A stretch of 64,000 bases of DNA from the IMG/VR virus record IMGVR_UViG_3300027906_002394, positions 18,961-82,960 of that record. One strand, 5' to 3'. The notes beneath the pieces are model-generated. The model saw only the letters and a program-made list of their open reading frames with translations. It did no database searches and had not been told where the DNA came from. Position 1 is the first letter of the stretch; each line of letters begins with the position of its first letter. A program made the position numbers and the translations under genes. Shown here in pieces: positions 27,701 to 35,820 of the stretch. Source of the stretch: a virus.

Positions 27701-28360
27701 ATGTTTACACATATTGACGAAAAACACGATTTTCCCCAGTTAATGAGGGAGAATTTTGAAGGAAAAAGGACATATGTAACGGAAAATGGTGATAGATACC
27801 CTTCTATCACCACCGTTCTTGGATATAAGATAAAACCCGCTATAAAAGCATGGAGAAAAAAGGTAGGAGAACAGACCGCGAACAAAATATCGCGTCAATC
27901 GTCTGTTCGGGGAACCAAAATTCATGGTGTTTGCGAGGATTATCTTAATAATAAGGAACTTGATACTGAAATGTTGTCCTTTGTAGAGGAAGATATGTTT
28001 GATAACATGCGCCTTTACCTTGATAAAATAGACAACATTCACGCGATTGAACAATTTTTGTACAGCGACCATTTAAGGTTGGCTGGTCAAGCGGATTGTA
28101 TCGCGGAATTTGAGGGAAAATTGTCTATTATTGACTTTAAAACCTCTGCTAAAAGGAAAACCAAGTCATATATAAAGAATTATTTCGCTCAATGTGCTGG
28201 TTATGCCATCATGTTTGAGGAAAGAACAGGAATACCTATCACAAATTCAGTAATTATCATTGGTGTAGCGAATGAAGAACCACAATTATTCATTGAACAT
28301 CGTGATAATTATACAGAATACTTGTTAGAATGTCGAGATTTATACGAAAATAACGCTTGA
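27701..28360 (+). CDS. PD-(D/E)XK exonuclease of T4-like phages
   Basis: YPSITTVL, RGTKIH, AGQADC, IIDFKTS, Q..GYA. Confidence 0.85.
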   Translation: MFTHIDEKHDFPQLMRENFEGKRTYVTENGDRYPSITTVLGYKIKPAIKAWRKKVGEQTANKISRQSSVRGTKIHGVCEDYLNNKELDTEMLSFVEEDMFDNMRLYLDKIDNIHAIEQFLYSDHLRLAGQADCIAEFEGKLSIIDFKTSAKRKTKSYIKNYFAQCAGYAIMFEERTGIPITNSVIIIGVANEEPQLFIEHRDNYTEYLLECRDLYENNA

Positions 28361-28392
28361 CTTCTGGCCCATCTTATACTATAATATAAATA
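28357..28392 (+). promoter_or_regulatory. Overlapping sigma70 (TTGACT-17-TATAAT) and T4 late (TATAAATA) promoters of the tmRNA gene
   Basis: TTGACT 28357-28362, TATAAT 28380-28385, TATAAATA 28385-28392. Confidence 0.75.
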
Positions 28393-28397
28393 TAACT

Positions 28398-28662
28398 TGA
28401 CTCTATGAAACGAATTGAAAGGTTGACAGGACGGGGGTGCGATTCCCCCCGCCTCCACCAATTTATCCTTATAGACCCGACTAAGGGGGCGAATAGGATC
28501 GACTGGGACTTATTAGAGGAGTGGAGAGTTCGGAGAGGAAGCTGCCGTAAGTGCAACGCAACCATAAACGCAGAAGATAATACTGCTTATGAGGACTACG
28601 CTTTAGCGGCGTAGAATCGCTCGGGGTTTTGGAGACAGTTCCTAGCACCAGAATACTGTCTC
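28398..28662 (+). ncRNA. ssrA: Circularly permuted two-piece tmRNA (alphaproteobacterial type); tag (A)AEDNTAYEDYALAA
   Basis: T-arm GGGGG-TGCGATT-CCCCC (28433-28449) and CGCCTCC-A-CCA (28450-28460) precede the mature 5' end GGGGGCG (28485-28491). The acceptor stem has the G3:U70 Ala determinant; GGATCGAC follows; tag ORF 28570-28614 ends ALAA-stop. Outer ends approximate. Confidence 0.92.
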
Positions 28663-28693
28663 GTTTTTATCTCATAAAGAGAAGGAGGAAGAT

Positions 28694-28804
28694 ATGTGGT
28701 TAATTACAGGACTCGTAATAGGAGTTGTAGTTGGTGCATGGATTAAAGACCGAAAAGGTTGGTTGGATTTTCTTGACACATTATTTGACAAGATACCATT
28801 CTAA
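28694..28804 (+). CDS. 36-aa single-TM small protein (not in ORF track)
   Basis: AGGAGG SD; MWLITGLVIGVVVGAWIKDRKGWLDFLDTLFDKIPF. Confidence 0.7.
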   Translation: MWLITGLVIGVVVGAWIKDRKGWLDFLDTLFDKIPF

Positions 28805-28815
28805 TCTAGTACACT

Positions 28816-29370
28816 ATGTACAGTTGGTTTTTAACTGCCATCTCAGCGGTTACATTAGTATTGTTCCCGCTAAGCGCTGACAACCACTTTGTTAACGACA
28901 AGAATTTCCTAGAATATGAACAGGAATTAATTCATAATCAAGAAGAAATTGCTTGTCTTGCCGTTAACATTTACCACGAAGCGAGGGGCGAAAGTGAAGA
29001 AGGAAAACTTGCAGTAGCTTTCGTAACTCTCAATCGTGTTAAGAGTGACGCATATCCAGATACAGTTTGTGGAGTTGTTTATCAAGGAAAACACAAACGG
29101 TCTTGGAGAGATAATGAAACGCTGGTTCCAGTAAGACATGGATGCCAATTCAGTTGGTACTGTGACGGTAAATCCGACATGGTACAAGATTTCGACTCAT
29201 ATGAGGAAATCGTTGAATTGTCAATGAATGTCTGGTATGGAAGGTTTGAAGATAACACAGATGGAAGTTTGTTTTATCACGCAGATTATGTAGACCCAGC
29301 ATGGGCGCAACACATGGCAATGACAAAAAGGATAGATAATCACATTTTTTACACGATGTCGAGTTATTAA
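28816..29370 (+). CDS. SleB-like cell wall hydrolase (Hydrolase_2)
   Basis: CLAVNIYHEARGE, VTLNRV, YPDTVCGVVYQ, CQFSW, LFYHADYVDPAW, HIFY; N-terminal signal/anchor. Confidence 0.9.
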   Translation: MYSWFLTAISAVTLVLFPLSADNHFVNDKNFLEYEQELIHNQEEIACLAVNIYHEARGESEEGKLAVAFVTLNRVKSDAYPDTVCGVVYQGKHKRSWRDNETLVPVRHGCQFSWYCDGKSDMVQDFDSYEEIVELSMNVWYGRFEDNTDGSLFYHADYVDPAWAQHMAMTKRIDNHIFYTMSSY

Positions 29371-29372
29371 TT

Positions 29373-30293
29373 ATGTCTGATAAGGTTCACAATTTTATTG
29401 TTACAGGCGGATGTGGATTTATAGGTTCACATTTAGTAGAAGCATTAGTTCTTCACGGGCAGAATGTTCTTGTAATTGATGATATGAGAACTGGCAGTTT
29501 TAAACTCGATAGTAAACATGTGAAGTATCTACATCAAGATGTTGCATCAGCAATCCCAGTTGGGAAGTTTGACGCAATATTTCACCTAGCCGCCACGCCT
29601 AGAATTAGGTTATCACAGAAAGACCCCTTTGGTACTATCACAAATAACCTTAATTCAACAATGGTAGTTTCTGAATACGCGAGAAGAGAACGAATTCCTT
29701 TGTTTTTCGCTGCCTCTTCTAGTACTCAGTTTCTTCATCATCACGATAATCCTTATACATTTTCTAAGTGTGTAAGTGAAGAAATCTTAGAACTTTACCA
29801 CAAACAATTTAACTTGGAATATCATATGTTATATTTCTATAATGTATATGGCCCAAGGGAAGCTGACTATGGAGAATATAGTACGGTAATAAGAGCATTT
29901 AAGAAATGCATCCAAAAGAATGAACCTCTTAGGATATTTGGTAGTGGTAAAAAAGAAAGAGATTTCACTCACATCCATGATGTAATCGATGGTATTCTAA
30001 AGTTGTTAACTACAAAGAGAAAACCAAAACATGTACATCTTGGTTCTGGTAATCCAGTTAGTATAATGGAAATAGCAAACGCATTTAATCATCATGCTGT
30101 TCACGAATTCGATAAGAAGGGTGAAGCAGAAGTGACCGAATGTGAAAATCCTTATATAGAACCTCAATACGATGTTATTGGATATATCAAAAAATGGAAG
30201 AGTGATTATGAGGAAGAAGCTATTTTAAGAAAAATAAACAAAGATTTTCGTAATGTGGAAGAAAAATATGCCAAAATTGATAGTGGACAATGA
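29373..30293 (+). CDS. NAD-dependent epimerase/dehydratase (extended SDR)
   Basis: TGGCGFIGSH, HLAA, YxxxK (YTFSK), NVYGP, RDFTH. Confidence 0.9.
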   Translation: MSDKVHNFIVTGGCGFIGSHLVEALVLHGQNVLVIDDMRTGSFKLDSKHVKYLHQDVASAIPVGKFDAIFHLAATPRIRLSQKDPFGTITNNLNSTMVVSEYARRERIPLFFAASSSTQFLHHHDNPYTFSKCVSEEILELYHKQFNLEYHMLYFYNVYGPREADYGEYSTVIRAFKKCIQKNEPLRIFGSGKKERDFTHIHDVIDGILKLLTTKRKPKHVHLGSGNPVSIMEIANAFNHHAVHEFDKKGEAEVTECENPYIEPQYDVIGYIKKWKSDYEEEAILRKINKDFRNVEEKYAKIDSGQ

Positions 30294-30561
30294 CGAGAAA
30301 AAAGAAGAGAAGATTAGTGATGTTGCTTTGGTTACAAAGTCAGAATTTCAAACATCATCTGAATTCTCTCAGCATATAGAAAAGAAGGCTGTTTCTGCTG
30401 GAAACTATATCGATGTATTAGTCGAGTATTGTACCAAAAATGACATAGAGATTGAGAGTGTTAAAAAATTATTAACCGCATCTCTAAAAGAAAAGATAAA
30501 AGCAGAAGCAATTGGACTTAACTTAGTTAAGGGACAAAAGTCTTGTAAGTTACCTATATGA
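30268..30561 (+). CDS. gp33: Late promoter transcription coactivator gp33
   Basis: FSQHIE...YID...YC...DIEIE...LKEKIKAEA..LNL; directly before gp59 and gp32. Confidence 0.85.
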   Translation: MPKLIVDNDEKKEEKISDVALVTKSEFQTSSEFSQHIEKKAVSAGNYIDVLVEYCTKNDIEIESVKKLLTASLKEKIKAEAIGLNLVKGQKSCKLPI

Positions 30562-31130
30562 TTGAACCCTATGAAGTTTATAAGTTATATCTAGCAATTA
30601 AACTTCATTTTACTACTAAGTCATATGATGTAGTAAAATATAAGGGTAAAGTTAGAGTAAAACCAGAGACCTTTCGTAAAAGAAAGGACATGGTATCTAT
30701 AAAGAAACTTGCTAGAGATTATAAACGCGAGGAAATAATAGATTTTTTAGTCGCAAATTTTGTATCTGGAGAACGATGGGGTGGTTTGTTTGATATACAG
30801 GCATCCAAAAGATACGAGGATTGGAAGGCAAAGAAGAATCAGAGAGAATATCTCTTTCAAAGGGATGTCTCAAAAATACTACTAGAGATGGAAAAGCAAA
30901 AAGTTGGCGCTTTTTTTGAAAAAAATGGAAAACAGGGCTTGACTTTTCGTCTGTACTTTGGTAGAATGATCGAAATTGAAACTCTTGTTATATTAGATAA
31001 GATTTTCGATTTTGTAGAAGAAACGGATGATATCTTATTAGAAGATGTTGTACTACTAGTGAAAAAGTATCGCCCGTTTGTTAAGGTGACTGACTCTATG
31101 AGAGAAGTCGCTAAAACACTTACTCAATAA
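30558..31130 (+). CDS. gp59: Helicase loader gp59-like protein
   Basis: YKLYLAIKLHFT...YDVVKY...FLVANF; synteny 33-59-32. Confidence 0.85.
   Translation: MIEPYEVYKLYLAIKLHFTTKSYDVVKYKGKVRVKPETFRKRKDMVSIKKLARDYKREEIIDFLVANFVSGERWGGLFDIQASKRYEDWKAKKNQREYLFQRDVSKILLEMEKQKVGAFFEKNGKQGLTFRLYFGRMIEIETLVILDKIFDFVEETDDILLEDVVLLVKKYRPFVKVTDSMREVAKTLTQ
30939..30967 (+). promoter_or_regulatory. Internal sigma70 promoter TTGACT-17-TAGAAT with extended TG
   Basis: Hexamers at 30939-30944 and 30962-30967 inside gp59. Confidence 0.5.
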
Positions 31131-31134
31131 CCTG

Positions 31135-31142
31135 TATAAATA
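31135..31142 (+). promoter_or_regulatory. T4 late promoter TATAAATA
   Basis: Intergenic exact match upstream of the 31155 ORF and gp32. Confidence 0.7.
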
Positions 31143-31154
31143 GGAGTGTACATA

Positions 31155-31337
31155 ATGAGTAGGAAACTACGCCCTCATGATGAAGAGAAGCGTATGAGAA
31201 GAGTACCTAGTGAAGATAAAACTAGACTTGACAAATACCAACATCTCTTGTATAATGAGGATATGTATGAGTCCAATGAGTTCTTGAATGATTTGGATAA
31301 AAAAAGTAAAATACAACGCAAACATAAACCAATATAA
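31155..31337 (+). CDS. Small basic hypothetical protein upstream of gp32
   Basis: AGGAG SD; ATG 31155. Confidence 0.6.
   Translation: MSRKLRPHDEEKRMRRVPSEDKTRLDKYQHLLYNEDMYESNEFLNDLDKKSKIQRKHKPI
31228..31256 (+). promoter_or_regulatory. Consensus sigma70 promoter TTGACA-17-TATAAT for gp32
   Basis: Perfect hexamers at 31228-31233 and 31251-31256. Confidence 0.85.
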
Positions 31338-31354
31338 CGCACAAGGAGAAATAT

Positions 31355-32260
31355 ATGTCGTTTAATACTATAGAAGAGCTACGCAAGTCGCGTGGCAACT
31401 TTGACACCCTTCTTAACCAAGTTGAGAAGATGTCTACAACTACCACCGAGTCTAATGACGATGGTAGGGAATGGAAACCAACTGTTGACCAAGCTGGAAA
31501 TGGTTATGCAGTAATCCGATTTTTGCCCCCAGCAAAAGGTGAAGACCAATATTGGGCAAGACTCTGGACACATGGATTCCAAGGGCCTACTGGGAAGTGG
31601 TACATCGAGAATTCTCTCACAACTCTAGGACAACAAGACCCTGTTTCTGAATTGAACAGCGAATTGTGGAATAGCGGAGTTGAGTCTAACAAAGACATTG
31701 CTCGCAAACAAAAGCGTAGGCAGTCTTTTTATTCCAACATTATTGTTGTGAAAGACCCATCAAATCCAGAAAGTGAAGGTAATGTATACCTTTATCGTTA
31801 TGGTAAAAAAATCTTCGACAAAATTCAAGACTTGTTAAAGCCAGAATTTGAAGATGAAACTCCAGTAAATCCTTTTGATTTCTGGGAAGGCAGAAACTTC
31901 AAACTGAAGATTCGTCAAGTTGAGGGATTCCGAAACTATGACAAGTCGGAGTTTGAGTCTGCTCCATCACCAGTAGCTGCTGATGATGAAATTGAGGCGA
32001 TTTGGGCGAAACAACACTCTCTTGCAGAGATTGTAGACCCATCTAACTTCAAGTCTTATGAAGACCTTAAATCCAAATTGGATATGGTTCTTCAAGGTGC
32101 AAGCAAGGTTCCCACTGCTTCAACTGTTGCAGCCCAGACAGGCGACATTGAAGATGACTTGTTTGTTAACAAAAACTCTGAAGCAAAGGTAGTCTCCAAT
32201 GGTTCAGATAGTGATGACGATGCAATGTCGTACTTTGCAAAACTGGCTGACGATAGTTAA
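31355..32260 (+). CDS. gp32: Single-stranded DNA-binding protein gp32
   Basis: GNGYAVIRFLP, HGFQGPTGKWYIENS, YGKKIFDKI, PFDFWEG, RNYDKSEF, acidic tail ending SYFAKLADDS. Confidence 0.97.
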   Translation: MSFNTIEELRKSRGNFDTLLNQVEKMSTTTTESNDDGREWKPTVDQAGNGYAVIRFLPPAKGEDQYWARLWTHGFQGPTGKWYIENSLTTLGQQDPVSELNSELWNSGVESNKDIARKQKRRQSFYSNIIVVKDPSNPESEGNVYLYRYGKKIFDKIQDLLKPEFEDETPVNPFDFWEGRNFKLKIRQVEGFRNYDKSEFESAPSPVAADDEIEAIWAKQHSLAEIVDPSNFKSYEDLKSKLDMVLQGASKVPTASTVAAQTGDIEDDLFVNKNSEAKVVSNGSDSDDDAMSYFAKLADDS

Positions 32261-32280
32261 TATCTCAGATTAGTTATGCG

Positions 32281-32313
32281 AGGGGCGGCATAAATAGTGT
32301 CGCCCCTTTTTTT
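32281..32313 (+). terminator. Rho-independent terminator after gp32
   Basis: Stem aggggcggca/tgtcgcccct, loop taaatag, followed by a T run. Confidence 0.85.
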
Positions 32314-33852
32314 ATGGCAGAAATTATGGATGGAATTATATTTGGTGGACAACTAGAAGACCTTGGTGGGTCAATTCATAAAGAAGATTCAAGAAACATA
32401 TCAATAAGGCGCTCGTCTGGTGGACATAAAATTGCCACCTTTTTGAGGCAGAATGGTTATGATATTGATGTAGTAGATTATGTTCATCGTTGGACACTAG
32501 AACAATTAAAAGAATATATTAGACCAATAGCACAGGATTGTAAGTTCTTTGGGTTTGGTTCTACTTTCTTTTTAGATAGCCCAGTTGTTAAAGAACTGGT
32601 AAACTGGTTAAAGGTTCATTACCCACAAATACCGCGTGTCGCTGGTAGTCAAAATGATAGTATGCGTAGTTTAGATATGGATTGGTATGTCTATGGTTAC
32701 GGTGAAAATGCTATGTTAGAACTAATGAAACATTTTGATGGTGGCCCAGAACCGAAACATGTTGATAATATAATTAATGCCTATGTTAATTACAAATCCT
32801 TCCCTAGAGATGATTTAACAGTCTCATATCAAGAAAATGATTTTATGAACCCAAGAGAAATACTTCTTTTGGAGTTTGCTCGTGGATGTAAGTTTAAATG
32901 CAAGTTCTGTAGTTTCCCGATACTAGGTGTCAAGGGTGATTACTCTCGTACAGCAGAAAGTGTCTATGATGAGATGTTAGAGAATTATGATAAATGGGGA
33001 ACAGAACATTATATTGTCTTAGACGAAACATTCAATGATAGTCCACAGAAGATTGAGAAGTTTGCTAATGTAATAGAGAAACTTCCATTCCAACCAAAGA
33101 TGACTGCCTATATTCGTGGTGATTTAATCGCTTCGCGTCCTAAAGATTGGGATAACCTAATCAAGATGGGAATTACATCTCATTTCTATGGTATTGAAAG
33201 TATGAACCACAAGGCAGCTAAATCTGTTGGTAAGGGGATGAATACTGGTAGAATACAGGATGGACTATTAGAAGTTAAAGAATACTTTCTGAAGAATGCT
33301 GGATTTTATAAAGGTCATATATCATTAATAGCTGGACTTCCATATGAAACCATTGATAGTCTACGCGATACAGTAGATTGGTGTTCAGAATACTGGTCTG
33401 ACCAGAGTTATCATATGAATATATTGATGTTTAAGAACCTTTATAAACCTTCACTCAATCATAACTCAGAATTCGATTTACATTGGCGAGAATACGGTTA
33501 TAAGAAGACCAAATTCCCAAAAGATGATATAAAGTGGGACTTGAGTATCAATCCTTACTATAAAGTCCTCTACGACTACATGGCGACCTCTGAGGACTAT
33601 ATACAATGGAAGAATGACTATACTACCATGTATGATTGTTTTAAGTTCTGCGTGGAAGAGTTTAGTCAGGCAAAATTGAAGAATGTACTAGACCCATTCA
33701 TGTATGATAAGTTCTTTATTGACCCTAGTGTAAGTTGGGATGATTTTCAGACACAAAATCATATGGAAAGAAGAGAATCCCATATATTAGAACATGTAGA
33801 TAATTATATTAAAAAGAAAATATTATCTACCACTACCAATATTCATTTTTAG
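32314..33852 (+). CDS. B12-binding-type (class B-like) radical SAM protein
   Basis: ARGCKFKCKFC, LDETFN, YGIES, IAGLPYET; N-terminal Rossmann-like cobalamin-binding region ending GYGE. Confidence 0.8.
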   Translation: MAEIMDGIIFGGQLEDLGGSIHKEDSRNISIRRSSGGHKIATFLRQNGYDIDVVDYVHRWTLEQLKEYIRPIAQDCKFFGFGSTFFLDSPVVKELVNWLKVHYPQIPRVAGSQNDSMRSLDMDWYVYGYGENAMLELMKHFDGGPEPKHVDNIINAYVNYKSFPRDDLTVSYQENDFMNPREILLLEFARGCKFKCKFCSFPILGVKGDYSRTAESVYDEMLENYDKWGTEHYIVLDETFNDSPQKIEKFANVIEKLPFQPKMTAYIRGDLIASRPKDWDNLIKMGITSHFYGIESMNHKAAKSVGKGMNTGRIQDGLLEVKEYFLKNAGFYKGHISLIAGLPYETIDSLRDTVDWCSEYWSDQSYHMNILMFKNLYKPSLNHNSEFDLHWREYGYKKTKFPKDDIKWDLSINPYYKVLYDYMATSEDYIQWKNDYTTMYDCFKFCVEEFSQAKLKNVLDPFMYDKFFIDPSVSWDDFQTQNHMERRESHILEHVDNYIKKKILSTTTNIHF

Positions 33853-35631
33853 TTTACTGTCTGGATTTAGAGTACTGTCATCTACCTTAATCACTCCAAT
33901 ATATTGGGTTGACCCGCCAGGCGGAGTTCCAGTTGATGTTTGCATGGAAGTCATAGCAGATGCAAGTTCTTGATTTGCTTTTATTTGTTTATCAACAACT
34001 CTTTGGTCTCTTTTTACAACTTCATTTTGGGCGGTTGTAGTTGCAGTTTCTAGTGTCATAGAATCTGTATCAACTATTGGTTCTGCACTTTCAAGGTCTG
34101 AAGCAAGAGAAGCTTCTAGTTTTTGTTGTTTTGATACTTTTGGAGTGCCATCTGCTTTAAAGTCTTTACCGTATTTTTCATCCCATGCTTCTTGTTCTTT
34201 AGCAAGTCTTTCCTTAGTTGTGTCACTTGCGAACATTGGAATTTCTGGTCTCTTTTCAACATTGCCTGCTTCATCAGCATCTTCATTAAGTCCCTCTTGG
34301 AGTTCTTTCAATTTCTTCACAATATAATCTTTAATAGCTCCGTATCTACCTTTGAATCTATCTGGCATATTCACCATGTCAGCATCATGAGGGAATTTTT
34401 CTTCTGTTGAGTCGCCGTCTGGGTTACCATACATGTCATTGTACATGTCTCTCGCAAGAAGACCTAAGTCTACTGTTAAACCACCAGCTACACTTGGAAT
34501 TGCAACACCAGCTCCTTCAATAGCAGCACCTGCTATATCACCTTGGAATAGTCTCCATAATGCCATTCCTGCCCCAGCAACTGCACCAACAACAGGGATT
34601 TGTTTTAATCCATATTTCCCCATATTTTTCAGTAGTGATTTTGCCATTACAGCTTTATCTGCTAATTTGGCAGCATCGTCTACCTTGCTTGTTAGGGTAA
34701 CCTTCCCTCCTTCTGCTAAGTCTGCTGGATTAACTTTTTTGGTGGTCAACTTATCATCAATTTTCGATACCTCTCTCAAGTTGCCTTTTTTATCTACTCC
34801 AACTTGTGTTCCGTCCTTGGTGATACCAACATTACCTTCCTTTACGCTAACATCTACTGTTTTGGGAGTTTTTAGTTTATCTTGTTCACCCAGTACACTT
34901 TTTACATTGGGGTCTTTACCTTTAAAGAATTTTCCTACATCTAGATTTTTTGCTACACCACCTAGTTCTGTTATTTTACCCATCCACTTGGTTGTGAGTT
35001 GACTCATTTTCGCAGTTAAAGTAGTACCCCAATCTTCCATTCCTTCTTCAACCGCGTCTATATCTTGTTGTTGTTTTTCTCCTTCACCAGCTAACATAGC
35101 GCCAAGAGCAGCTCCACCTAATCCAGCAGCTAAGGAAGCAGAAGTGCCGGCACCTCCTCCGCCGCCTTTGCCTCCACCAAACATTCCCCTTATAGCATTT
35201 TCGTCTGGTGGTGGTTTTGCACCTCCAGTACCACTAAAACCAGCAGATATTAATGATGTATCTTGGTGAATTTTAACTAGAACTCTTTCTATGTCTTGAA
35301 GCTGGTTTATCATAGGGTCATTACCAGCATAGTCTTGTACCATCGATGTAGCAGCTTCAGCTGACGAACTTCCGCCAGCGCCTCCACCACCGCCTGAACC
35401 TCTACCTATTGGTATGACATTACCACCAGCTCCTGCTCCCATGGCGCCATCGCCACCACCCATTTGACCAGATAAATCATTTCCGCCTAGAAAACTTGCT
35501 GCTCCATATCCAGTAGCTGCTGCCCCTGCTTTACTGCCGGGAGCTTTTGTAACTTTGTTTTTACCACCGCCCCTTCTAAATAGGTTTTTTGCACCCGAAG
35601 CTATTCTTGCTCCTGCTAACCACCAAGCCAT
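33823..35631 (-). CDS. Probable tape measure / tail-length determinant (gp29-like)
   Basis: 602 aa, low-complexity Gly/Ala helical protein with hydrophobic IPVVGAVAGAG segments; directly downstream of gp26/gp51-like genes; T4 gp29 is similar in length. Confidence 0.55.
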   Translation of the reverse strand: MAWWLAGARIASGAKNLFRRGGGKNKVTKAPGSKAGAAATGYGAASFLGGNDLSGQMGGGDGAMGAGAGGNVIPIGRGSGGGGGAGGSSSAEAATSMVQDYAGNDPMINQLQDIERVLVKIHQDTSLISAGFSGTGGAKPPPDENAIRGMFGGGKGGGGGAGTSASLAAGLGGAALGAMLAGEGEKQQQDIDAVEEGMEDWGTTLTAKMSQLTTKWMGKITELGGVAKNLDVGKFFKGKDPNVKSVLGEQDKLKTPKTVDVSVKEGNVGITKDGTQVGVDKKGNLREVSKIDDKLTTKKVNPADLAEGGKVTLTSKVDDAAKLADKAVMAKSLLKNMGKYGLKQIPVVGAVAGAGMALWRLFQGDIAGAAIEGAGVAIPSVAGGLTVDLGLLARDMYNDMYGNPDGDSTEEKFPHDADMVNMPDRFKGRYGAIKDYIVKKLKELQEGLNEDADEAGNVEKRPEIPMFASDTTKERLAKEQEAWDEKYGKDFKADGTPKVSKQQKLEASLASDLESAEPIVDTDSMTLETATTTAQNEVVKRDQRVVDKQIKANQELASAMTSMQTSTGTPPGGSTQYIGVIKVDDSTLNPDSKLKMNIGSGR

Positions 35632-35820
35632 TTATTGTCTCCATTTATCCGATTTAGCATCTTCTCTCTTTTTCTTTAAATGTTGGATTAACATTGAAAT
35701 GTATACTTGCCTTTCCCACGGAACCCAACTCTCTATTTCTGTTAAACTATATTTATGTTCTTGCATAAGTAGAAAGTTAGTTTTAAAATAATTTTCTAAA
35801 TTCTCATGAAAAAGGCTCAT
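35632..35820 (-). CDS. gp51: Baseplate hub assembly catalyst gp51, C-terminal part
   Basis: NYFKTNFLLMQEHKYSLTEIESWVPWER matches the short gp51 ORF of marine T4-like phages. Confidence 0.8.
   Translation of the reverse strand: MSLFHENLENYFKTNFLLMQEHKYSLTEIESWVPWERQVYISMLIQHLKKKREDAKSDKWRQ

Noticed and set aside
27701-28360. Cas4-like nuclease suggesting a CRISPR locus
   Set aside because: No repeat-spacer array or other cas genes are visible; a phoH-exonuclease pair is ordinary in T4-like phages.
28405-28614. 69-aa ORF ending YALAA in the ORF track
   Set aside because: It is the tmRNA body read in the tag frame; only 28570-28614 is the tag reading frame.
28661-28693. cgtttttatctc-ataaa-gagaaggaggaag resembling the start of a glnA glutamine riboswitch
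   Set aside because: Only a 4-bp hairpin matches; the conserved GGAAGUA junction and closing P1 strand are missing, and the purine run is simply the SD of the 36-aa ORF.
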